Below, one piece after another: positions 15,707 to 23,687 of a stretch of DNA of 49,505 nt (its first letter is position 1; every line of letters begins with the position of its first letter). The notes under the pieces are model-generated. The model saw nothing but the letters and a program-made list of their open reading frames with translations, was not told where the DNA came from and did not search any database. The position numbers and the translations under genes are program-made. The stretch lies in assembly GCA_030592635.1 (NCBI GenBank), contig JAUVIS010000002.1, forward strand, positions 1-49,505. Reading direction: 5' to 3'. The DNA comes from Candidatus Fermentibacteraceae bacterium. Lineage in GTDB: Bacteria > Fermentibacterota > Fermentibacteria > Fermentibacterales > JCC-6.

Positions 15707-17100
15707 TGTCAGATTCTCTCGTTGATCTGCTGCTTGTAAGACTTGGAAGGGAAGAAGAAAAAAAGAAAGTTCTGAAGCTTCTGATAACCAGCCTTGACCT
15801 GTCAGTTACAGAGGCGGAGAATGCTGTCAGCAATTCCCCCTCGGTGATCAAAGAAGCTGTACCAATGAACGAAGCCAGAATTATTCAAAAGGATCTTTAC
15901 CCGTATATCGACCTGCTGCCAAGGCTTGAAGATGAAGCTGATATGATAGACGAGGAAGAAATAGAAGAAATTGAGGAGTTGTCCGAAGAGGAATTGTCCG
16001 AGGAGGAACTTCCCGAGGCAGACATAGAAGCTCAAACGGTTGTTGAGGAAGAGGATATTTCACAAACAGACAACGATGATGAATCGATTCTGATTACCTC
16101 AGCCAGTGAAGAGATTATTTCCACCTCAAGATGCCATATCTGCGGAAGAACCCCGACCGACGGCGAAAGACTCGCGCCATGCCGAACATGCAGCGAGCTT
16201 ACATGCAGGAACTGTTTTGACAGAGTTGCTCATGTATGCAGCCACTGCGCAAAAAGTGGGAAAACAGTTGAACGGGTGAACGAGGGAATGGGTACGGAAG
16301 CTGAGGAAGGTATTGAATTTGACACTGAAGATACAGGCAAAGACAACAAAGGGGGTGGATCATATCCTCTGAGGATCGCTGTCGCCCTTATTTTTGTCCT
16401 GATTCTGGCTGCTGTTTTCTACTTCACGGATCCCATGGATATTTTTTCCAGTAGTGAGTCTTCTGCTGTAGCAACTGATACCAGTACGCCCGACACAGTC
16501 GCCACAGACTCAATCGGAATTCCCGACACGACAGTGGTCGCGGAGATTGCGGTGGATACAACAGAAACCCCGCCGGATACCTTAAGTGTGGATGACGATC
16601 CTTTTGGCCTGCAGTTTATCGCTTTGCCGGAGAACTGCACTCCAGGTGAAAATCCTCAGCCCGTGAACTTTCACTTGACATCACCGCGAGGAGTTCATGC
16701 TGCTATTCCAGCGGAAGAGAGCGAAATTCTTTTCGGTCAACTGGAGGTAATCGCTTCTTCCATTCCTGTTACAGTGGATGATGGAGCTTTTCTGGTCTAC
16801 CACGATACCACGAGCGTACTGGTTCTGGTTCTTCTTCACCCCGAGGAAACAGAAGTCCGAATACGGCTTATGCGGGAAGTTGCCGCCTGGCTCATACCGA
16901 CTGAGATTGACCAGCTGATACTTATCTACAGAGAGAATCGCTATCAGGATGCTATTGTTTTCAGTCTCGTACAGGAGGCATTTCCGGATGTTGAGGGTGT
17001 TCTCAGTCCAAGGCAGTTCCAGAGTATTTTAAGTTACAGAGAGGATTGCTGGGAATCAATCAGCGGCCCGGTAACTCAGTGGCTTTCCTCTATGGAATAA
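15706..17100 (+). CDS. Single-pass membrane protein: L7/L12-CTD-like N-domain, acidic linker, 4xCxxC zinc module, TM helix, D/T-rich linker, C-terminal alpha/beta domain
   Basis: The ATG overlaps the mglA stop by 1 nt (TGATG). Residues ~5-70 fit the L7/L12 C-terminal-domain pattern. The four CxxC pairs are CHIC...CRTC...CRNC...CSHC at residues 143-181. The TM helix is at residues 220-240. Confidence 0.7.
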   Translation: MSDSLVDLLLVRLGREEEKKKVLKLLITSLDLSVTEAENAVSNSPSVIKEAVPMNEARIIQKDLYPYIDLLPRLEDEADMIDEEEIEEIEELSEEELSEEELPEADIEAQTVVEEEDISQTDNDDESILITSASEEIISTSRCHICGRTPTDGERLAPCRTCSELTCRNCFDRVAHVCSHCAKSGKTVERVNEGMGTEAEEGIEFDTEDTGKDNKGGGSYPLRIAVALIFVLILAAVFYFTDPMDIFSSSESSAVATDTSTPDTVATDSIGIPDTTVVAEIAVDTTETPPDTLSVDDDPFGLQFIALPENCTPGENPQPVNFHLTSPRGVHAAIPAEESEILFGQLEVIASSIPVTVDDGAFLVYHDTTSVLVLVLLHPEETEVRIRLMREVAAWLIPTEIDQLILIYRENRYQDAIVFSLVQEAFPDVEGVLSPRQFQSILSYREDCWESISGPVTQWLSSME

Positions 17101-17138
17101 TCACTTTTCAAATTCAGAAAAACGGGAGTTCTTTATCC

Positions 17139-19331
17139 ATGCCAGTAGATACGAAGAAAAAGCTTGTTGTTATAGAGTCTCCCGCGAAGGCCAGGAGTCT
17201 GAAAAACTATCTTGGAAAAGGCTGGGATGTTGTTGCCTCCTACGGCCATGTAAGAGATCTGCCTCTTAATCGTATCGGGGTTAACAGCGAAACACTTGAG
17301 CCGGCGTATACCGTGCTTCCCCAGAAAAGAGCTGCTGTAGCCAAACTCAGAAAAGTCGCCTCCGCCTACAAAGAGATTTACCTGGCGGCAGATCCTGATC
17401 GCGAAGGTGAGGCCATTTGCTGGCATATCTACAAACTGTTACAGGGCAAAGGTATAACCTTTAAACGAATCAGGTTCAACTCTATTACCAGGGACGCTGT
17501 CAGAGCTGCGTCCGCTGCTGCCGCGGAAATAGACATGGATCTTGTGGATGCCCAGCAGGCACGGCGGGTAATGGATCGTCTGGTTGGATACAAGATAAGC
17601 CCTTACCTGTGGCGAACTGTGGGCAAGGGGCTCAGCGCGGGAAGAGTGCAGACCGTCGCACTGAGACTTATTGTTGAGCGGGAACAGGCTATTGGAAGCT
17701 TTGTTCCGAAGGAATTCTGGCCGGTTACCGCTGATTTTGACCAGAACGGGTCTCTGTTTCAGGCGAAACTGTTCAGATATGAGGGAAAAAGAGCCGACGG
17801 AGACAGGCATTCTCCCGGTGACAAGGAAAAAGCAGACAACATCCTGGACAGGGTCAGAGAAGCTCAGTGGAATATCACTTCAGTGGATAAAAAAGAAAAA
17901 TCCAGGAAGCCTGTTCCCCCGTTTATTACCAGCTCTCTTCAAGTTGCCGCGTCCGCCAGGTTATCCATGCCGCCATCAGTTACCATGAGAATCGCGCAGG
18001 ATCTTTATGAAGGATTTGAGATTGACGGAGAAACCACCGGTCTTATTACCTATATGCGTACTGACTCGGTTCGCATTGAACCTCCGGCTATAGAAGAATG
18101 CCGTGCTTTCATTACAAAAAAATGGGGAACGGAAAAATTGTCTCCAAAGCCCAGAAGATACAGGGCGAGCGGTGGTGCCCAGGACGCTCATGAAGCTATC
18201 AGACCAACTGATGTCGAGCGTACACCGGAGCTTATGGCTCGAATTCTTGACCCCAGACACCTTAAACTGTATTCTATGATCTGGGAACGATTTGTGGCTA
18301 CTCAGATGGCTGACGCGGTTATTGCGGAAACTGTTGTACTTGTTTCGGGAGGGGACGCTGTATTTAAAGCTGCCGGGCAGAAGATAGTGAACCCCGGATT
18401 TTCCATAGTTGAACCGGCGCAGTTGAAGGTTACCGGTGAAATTCCTTCACTGTCTGAAGGCGATGTTGACCTGAAAAAAGTATCTGCGGAACAGAAATTC
18501 ACAAAACCGCTGCCAAGATACTCAGAAGCAGCTCTTGTCTCTGAAATGAAGAAGAAGGCAATCGGCAGACCCTCTACCTATGTGTCAATAATTGCCACTC
18601 TGAAAAAGCGCAGCTATGTAGAGCTCAAGGAGAAGAAACTGATTCCCACAGAAGTGGGAACGGTGACAACAGATCTTCTGATCCGTCTGTTTCCACATCT
18701 GTTTGATGTTGGATTTACAGCAGAAATGGAAGAACTGCTTGATCTTGTCGCATCGGGTAAAAAAACCTACAGGGAAGCGGTGACCCAGCTCTACACACCA
18801 CTCGCGGCATCTCTTGAGGAAGCCATGAGGCGTCTCCCGGAAATAAAAGCTTCAATGATTAAAGAAACCTCTGAGAAGTGCCCGGTGTGCGGGAAACCTC
18901 TTCTGGAAAAAATGAGCAAGTTCGGAAAGTTTCTTGCCTGCAGCGGCTTTCCCGGCTGCAGATATACCCGTCCCCTTGGAGAAGACACAGAGGCCGCCAG
19001 TTCCGATGTAAAATGTTCGGAGTGCGGTAAAAGTATGCTGCTCAAAAAGGGCAGGTACGGCAGGTATCTCAGCTGCTCTGACAGCGTCTGTTCCAATACA
19101 CAGCCGGTACCTGTTGGAGTGAAATGCCCTGTGGAAAAGTGTACAGGCGACCTGGTTGAAAGAAAGTCCAGGAAAAACAAGCTGTTCTATTCGTGCAGCA
19201 GGTATCCGGATTGCGATTTTGCCATGTGGAACAAACCGGTGGACAGAGAGTGCCCCCGGTGCGGTTTTCCCCTCCTTGAAGAGAGAAAGAAAGGGGTGTT
19301 CTGTCCCAGTTGCAGGAAGAAGATAGACTGA
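17139..19331 (+). CDS. topA: DNA topoisomerase I
   Basis: The Toprim N-terminus is KKLVVIESPAKARSL, with DPDREGEAI. The catalytic Tyr context is GLITYMRTDS. Four C-terminal C4 zinc ribbons are present. I chose the ATG at 17139, whereas the track ORF starts at 17046 inside the upstream gene. Confidence 0.92.
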   Translation: MPVDTKKKLVVIESPAKARSLKNYLGKGWDVVASYGHVRDLPLNRIGVNSETLEPAYTVLPQKRAAVAKLRKVASAYKEIYLAADPDREGEAICWHIYKLLQGKGITFKRIRFNSITRDAVRAASAAAAEIDMDLVDAQQARRVMDRLVGYKISPYLWRTVGKGLSAGRVQTVALRLIVEREQAIGSFVPKEFWPVTADFDQNGSLFQAKLFRYEGKRADGDRHSPGDKEKADNILDRVREAQWNITSVDKKEKSRKPVPPFITSSLQVAASARLSMPPSVTMRIAQDLYEGFEIDGETTGLITYMRTDSVRIEPPAIEECRAFITKKWGTEKLSPKPRRYRASGGAQDAHEAIRPTDVERTPELMARILDPRHLKLYSMIWERFVATQMADAVIAETVVLVSGGDAVFKAAGQKIVNPGFSIVEPAQLKVTGEIPSLSEGDVDLKKVSAEQKFTKPLPRYSEAALVSEMKKKAIGRPSTYVSIIATLKKRSYVELKEKKLIPTEVGTVTTDLLIRLFPHLFDVGFTAEMEELLDLVASGKKTYREAVTQLYTPLAASLEEAMRRLPEIKASMIKETSEKCPVCGKPLLEKMSKFGKFLACSGFPGCRYTRPLGEDTEAASSDVKCSECGKSMLLKKGRYGRYLSCSDSVCSNTQPVPVGVKCPVEKCTGDLVERKSRKNKLFYSCSRYPDCDFAMWNKPVDRECPRCGFPLLEERKKGVFCPSCRKKID

Positions 19332-20200
19332 TTCTGGAATCTTTCAGAGATGAGCTTCAATACGGCAGAGGTCTCTCTCCACTTACAGTAAAGGCGTACA
19401 TCGCCCAGATGGCTGATTTTATTCAGGAGGGGGGATCACTCGCTGAAGGGTTTGATGCCTCATCCATGCGTGAATACCTGATGGTACGGGCTTCCAGAAA
19501 TCTGTCACCGCGGACAATTGCCAGAATGGTCAGCTGCTTTCATACCTTTTCCAGCTGGCTTAAGGAAACAGGTCGTACTGATGTTGATCGCTCTCAGTTA
19601 CTTCAACCGCCGCGAATACCCCGCAGTCTTCCGGGCTTCCTTGGTGTCAGTGAAGTAAAGAGTGTTATGAATGTCTATGATATTTCCAGACCGAAAGGCA
19701 TCAGAGACCGCGCGGTTGTTGAACTTCTCTATGGTGCCGGGCTCAGAGCAGCGGAAGCGGCATCTCTTCTTCTGAAGAACACAAACATCGCCGCTGGAAC
19801 AGTCAAAGTTATGGGTAAAGGCAAGAGAGAGAGAATTGTTCCCCTTCCAGCAGGAACTACAGAATATTTAGATAAGTGGACGCATAGCCGTTTTCTTTTT
19901 GCAGCAGATGAGGATCCGGGTACTTTGTTCATCAGTGTCCGAGGGCGAAAGCTTGACCCGAGAGATATACGGCGTATTGTTTCCGCAGGCGTAGCGAGGG
20001 CAGCAAGGGCGGCAGGAGCCACACCCCACACCTTCAGGCACAGTTTTGCCACCCACCTTCTGAACGCGGGAGCTGACATAAGAACCGTTCAGGAACTGCT
20101 TGGCCATGCCGGGATTGGGACAACACAGATATACACACACCTGACAACGGAAAAATTGAAAGGTATTTACATGAAGTCACACCCCAGGGGGAAAAAGTGA
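19310..20200 (+). CDS. xerC: Site-specific tyrosine recombinase XerC/XerD family
   Basis: The N-terminal SAM-like domain contains GLSPLTVKAYI. Catalytic blocks are GLRAAEAASL, HTFRHSFATHLL and LGHAGIGTTQIYTH. Confidence 0.88.
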   Translation: MQEEDRLILESFRDELQYGRGLSPLTVKAYIAQMADFIQEGGSLAEGFDASSMREYLMVRASRNLSPRTIARMVSCFHTFSSWLKETGRTDVDRSQLLQPPRIPRSLPGFLGVSEVKSVMNVYDISRPKGIRDRAVVELLYGAGLRAAEAASLLLKNTNIAAGTVKVMGKGKRERIVPLPAGTTEYLDKWTHSRFLFAADEDPGTLFISVRGRKLDPRDIRRIVSAGVARAARAAGATPHTFRHSFATHLLNAGADIRTVQELLGHAGIGTTQIYTHLTTEKLKGIYMKSHPRGKK

Positions 20201-23139
20201 AGATTAAAGGTGCATTCACCACTGACAGGATTGTCGCAACAGCCGCAGCTCTGGCTGCCTTTATAGTTTATGTCATTACTCTCGCACCTTCTGTCAGCTT
20301 CTGGGACAGCGGTGAATACATTACATGCTCGTGGGTCGCCGGTGTTCCGCATCCGCCGGGTGTTCCGTTTTTTGTGCTCCTTGGAAGGGTCAGCACCATC
20401 ATATTCGGCTTTATCCCTTCCATAGCCGCAAGGGTAAATCTGATGTGCGCCATTGCGGGAACTGTTACAATCGGTCTTGTCGCGAGACTGATACAGAGGT
20501 GGAGTATCAGGCTCAAGTATGAACCCTGGCTCTACAGGCCAGTCTCTGCCGCGGGAGCACTCATGGCAGCCTTCAGCTACACGGTCTGGCGGAACAACAA
20601 CGCCACCGAGACCTATGCCATGGCTGGTCTTCTTTCCCTTCTTATTCTCTGGGTTTTTGATCTGTGGCTTGAGAGAAGATTGCACGGGAAGCCTGCAGGC
20701 AGACAATTGCTTCTTACCGGGTATCTTATGACCCTTGCTGTCGGCAATCATCTCAGTGCTCTTATTGTCACCTTTCCCATTATTGCGATGTATGTTCTTT
20801 ACGCATTCAGGAAAAAAGCATTTGAATGGAAATCTCCCGGTTTTATCGTGATGTTTGCGGGGCTGATGGTTCTGGCTTTCAGCATTCACCTTTACATGCC
20901 TCTCAGGGCCATACAGAACCCTGAGATCAACGAAACCAATCCATCGGTGTGGACTGAGTTCAAAGAGGCCATTGAAAGAAAGCAGTACGGTCAGGTATCC
21001 ATATTCAACAGAAAGGGACCATTTCAGGATCAGCTGGGACTGTACGCGGAATATCTCTCCTGGCAGGTGGGAAGACCTGAGGCATGGACTGGGGCCATGG
21101 GTACACCCGGCGGAGTTATCTGGGCTTTTCTCTGGATGGGTACTGCTGTTCTTGCCGCTACCGGTTTTGCGGTTATCGGCAAAAGACGACCGGATCTGCT
21201 CCTTCTGGTTGGGCTGTCATTTATCATGGCCAGTCTGGCCTTTGTGGTCTATCTGAATTTCAAGACCGGCCCGGAGGGCACGACACTGGGGGAGGTCAGG
21301 GAAAGAGATTATTTTTTCGGTGCCTCGTTCATCTTTTTCGCAGTGCTTTCCATGACAGGGCTGGGTTCTCTGTTTGCTTCGGCAAAAAGCAGACTTCTTA
21401 AAAACGCGGCCTGGTCCATGCTGCTCTTCCCGATGATTTCACTCGGTATGAACTGGCATCATTGCGACAGGTCGGGTGACTATGTCGCGAGAGACTATGG
21501 CATCAATCTGCTGGAATCATGTCCGGAAAACGCTGTGCTGATAACAAACGGCGACAATGATACTTTCCCCCTGTGGTTTGCGCAGGGAGTTCTAGGTGTA
21601 AGAAGGGATGTTATCATCTCCAACCTCAGTCTTATGAACACAAGATGGTATGTGAAGCAGCTTATGCTTAAAGACCCTGATCTGCTGAGTTATCCGGATT
21701 ATGTTGTGGAAAACATGCAGCCTGTCTTTATCTGGGGACCCAACTTTTTTCATGTATCTTCCGACGGATTACCCGAAACTTCACAGACAGACAGGCAGGC
21801 ACTTGATGCCACTTTCAACAGACAGTGGCCCTGGGCGCTTACCGAAGGATCAATCAGCATTCCTGTACCCGCCATGGGAAAAGGCAGCCAGGGATCTGTT
21901 CCAATGCAGGATCTTCTCCTGATAAACATGATTCGGAATAAACCTGTTCACGGAAGAGATATAATGATAGCCGGGACCGTTTCCGGAGAGAACAGAAGAT
22001 ATGTGGAGGACTATCTTCAAATGCAAGGCATCGCCTTTCGGGTAATGGACAGTCCTGTTCGCCAGCTCGTAAACACTGAGCTTGGATGGGTTATCGCGGA
22101 GCAGTTCCTTACAACAGGTCTCAACGACCCCGGTGTTTACAAAGATGACCAGGCTATACAGATTGCAAGAAATTATGTCAGTTCATATAACAGACTGGCC
22201 TACCAGTATATGGCGGAGGGAAACGCTGAAATGGTACAGATCTGCCTTGATCGGGCGGAAGCGGTGTTTTCAGCCATGCCTGAAGAATGGCTGTCAATAA
22301 TGCCGAACTTTATCCTTCTGGAGGCCAGATTCATCCACGGATATCAGGGTGCTGACGCTGCCATTTACTACATGGCTGAAGCAAGCTCCCGCATGAACAG
22401 TATGGCGGTTCTCTACGGAGATCAGAATGCTGTTGTTGCGGCATCACGGCTTGGTACCATTGCCCGCGAATTTGAGCAGGAAGCGGCTTTTAACGCGGTG
22501 ATCGATTTCATAAGTGATGGTACCCCGGCTCAGGAATGGATCCGTATTGAGAAAGATTTATCCTTCGGGAATTTCATTGTCGCAAGAAGAAATATTGTTG
22601 AACTCCGGGCTGAGTGGGGAGCGGAGTATCAGCCGGTTCTGGATCTTATGGAAGAAACTGTTGACAGGTTCACCATTTACAGTTCCGTAAACAGCGGGTT
22701 GAGCATGACTGACACTGCTCTTGCTTCTGTTTTTTCACACACCGACCAGACAAGCGCTTCTCTGGAATGGACCGATGATATTTCAACAGCATCCATTGTT
22801 GTTGAGATGGTGGGTCTTGCCTCCAGAGGAGGCATTATGTCTGCTGTTTCCCTGGGTACCGTAATGGCGTCAGTTATTGATTCCGAACTTGAAGCACAAG
22901 TACTGACAAACCTGTGTGCCGCTTTTGTCGCGGATCCTCAGGGAGCAGAGGAGCTTTCCCTCTGGTTCATCCTTTCCACGGGAACATTTTCACCGGAGGC
23001 CAGAGCAGTTAATCTAGCGGACGGTGGATTCGCGGAACTCAGCTACGCCATTCTGGTTAACGATCTTGGGATTGCCCCGGAGAACGCGATGACACTCAGT
23101 CTTTCAGGGCAGCGCCTGGCTGCACTGCTGGAGGAGTAA
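20197..23139 (+). CDS. DUF2723-family (glycosyltransferase family 117-like, GT-C type) polytopic membrane protein with large C-terminal helical domain
   Basis: The N-terminal signature is SVSFWDSGEYITCSWVAGVPHPPGVPFF. There are more than 10 predicted TM helices followed by a ~500-aa soluble region. The GTG start overlaps the xerC stop (GTGA), and the stop overlaps the hslV ATG (TAATG). Confidence 0.8.
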   Translation: MKIKGAFTTDRIVATAAALAAFIVYVITLAPSVSFWDSGEYITCSWVAGVPHPPGVPFFVLLGRVSTIIFGFIPSIAARVNLMCAIAGTVTIGLVARLIQRWSIRLKYEPWLYRPVSAAGALMAAFSYTVWRNNNATETYAMAGLLSLLILWVFDLWLERRLHGKPAGRQLLLTGYLMTLAVGNHLSALIVTFPIIAMYVLYAFRKKAFEWKSPGFIVMFAGLMVLAFSIHLYMPLRAIQNPEINETNPSVWTEFKEAIERKQYGQVSIFNRKGPFQDQLGLYAEYLSWQVGRPEAWTGAMGTPGGVIWAFLWMGTAVLAATGFAVIGKRRPDLLLLVGLSFIMASLAFVVYLNFKTGPEGTTLGEVRERDYFFGASFIFFAVLSMTGLGSLFASAKSRLLKNAAWSMLLFPMISLGMNWHHCDRSGDYVARDYGINLLESCPENAVLITNGDNDTFPLWFAQGVLGVRRDVIISNLSLMNTRWYVKQLMLKDPDLLSYPDYVVENMQPVFIWGPNFFHVSSDGLPETSQTDRQALDATFNRQWPWALTEGSISIPVPAMGKGSQGSVPMQDLLLINMIRNKPVHGRDIMIAGTVSGENRRYVEDYLQMQGIAFRVMDSPVRQLVNTELGWVIAEQFLTTGLNDPGVYKDDQAIQIARNYVSSYNRLAYQYMAEGNAEMVQICLDRAEAVFSAMPEEWLSIMPNFILLEARFIHGYQGADAAIYYMAEASSRMNSMAVLYGDQNAVVAASRLGTIAREFEQEAAFNAVIDFISDGTPAQEWIRIEKDLSFGNFIVARRNIVELRAEWGAEYQPVLDLMEETVDRFTIYSSVNSGLSMTDTALASVFSHTDQTSASLEWTDDISTASIVVEMVGLASRGGIMSAVSLGTVMASVIDSELEAQVLTNLCAAFVADPQGAEELSLWFILSTGTFSPEARAVNLADGGFAELSYAILVNDLGIAPENAMTLSLSGQRLAALLEE

Positions 23140-23687
23140 TGGATTTCAGATCAACAACAGTTATAGGAATAGTAAAGAACGGCAAAGCCGCAATGGCTGC
23201 CGACGGTCAGGTTACCATTGGCGATACTATTATGAAGATGAGTGCCAAGAAGCTGAGGAAACTCTGCGGTGGAACAGTGCTTGTCGGTTTCTCCGGTGCC
23301 GGTGCCGACGCTTTCGCGCTGGTGGAAAGACTGGAGGAAAAGCTGGAGACTTTTCGGGGAAATCTTCCAAGGGCTTCCATTGAACTTGCCCGTGAATGGA
23401 GAACGGACAAGTATCTCCGTGAACTGAATGCCATGCTTGCCGCTGTGGACAGTCACCACGCGCTTGTAATCGGAGGATCCGGCGAGGTCGTTGAATCTCC
23501 CGACGGCATTGTTTCAGTAGGCTCGGGTTCACCATTCGCCATAGCGGCAGCCAGAGCTTTAACAAAGCATACAAGAATGGGGCCGCTCAGGGTTGCCCGG
23601 GAGTCAATCGCCATTGCAAGCGATATATGCATTTATACAGGGGGAGAGCTTCAGTCGGAGGAGATATGCGAACAACAAAAACGATGA
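23139..23687 (+). CDS. hslV: ATP-dependent protease subunit HslV
   Basis: TTVIGIVKNGKAAMAADGQVT, the GFSGAGADAF block and GSGSPFAIAAARAL are present. A 5-residue extension (MDFRS) precedes the conserved Thr-Thr. Confidence 0.9.
   Translation: MDFRSTTVIGIVKNGKAAMAADGQVTIGDTIMKMSAKKLRKLCGGTVLVGFSGAGADAFALVERLEEKLETFRGNLPRASIELAREWRTDKYLRELNAMLAAVDSHHALVIGGSGEVVESPDGIVSVGSGSPFAIAAARALTKHTRMGPLRVARESIAIASDICIYTGGELQSEEICEQQKR

Noticed and set aside
15940-16030. Short tandem DNA repeat (TCCGAAGAGGAATTG / TCCGAGGAGGAACTT and GAAGA runs) as a possible repeat element or CRISPR-like feature
   Set aside because: It has only two imperfect units and lies in frame inside a CDS, where it encodes the acidic SEEEL-SEEEL linker. 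It is not an array.
17046-17138. Upstream extension of topA, with analogous extensions of polA (37855-37980), tatA (14837-14893), the 25523 ORF, the 42987 ORF and the 46527 ORF
   Set aside because: The extensions overlap neighbouring genes or lack an RBS. Conserved protein N-termini begin at the internal starts I report.
20167-20889. 240-aa minus-strand ORF
   Set aside because: It is antisense to the DUF2723 gene, whose conserved N-terminal signature lies exactly there in the plus frame.
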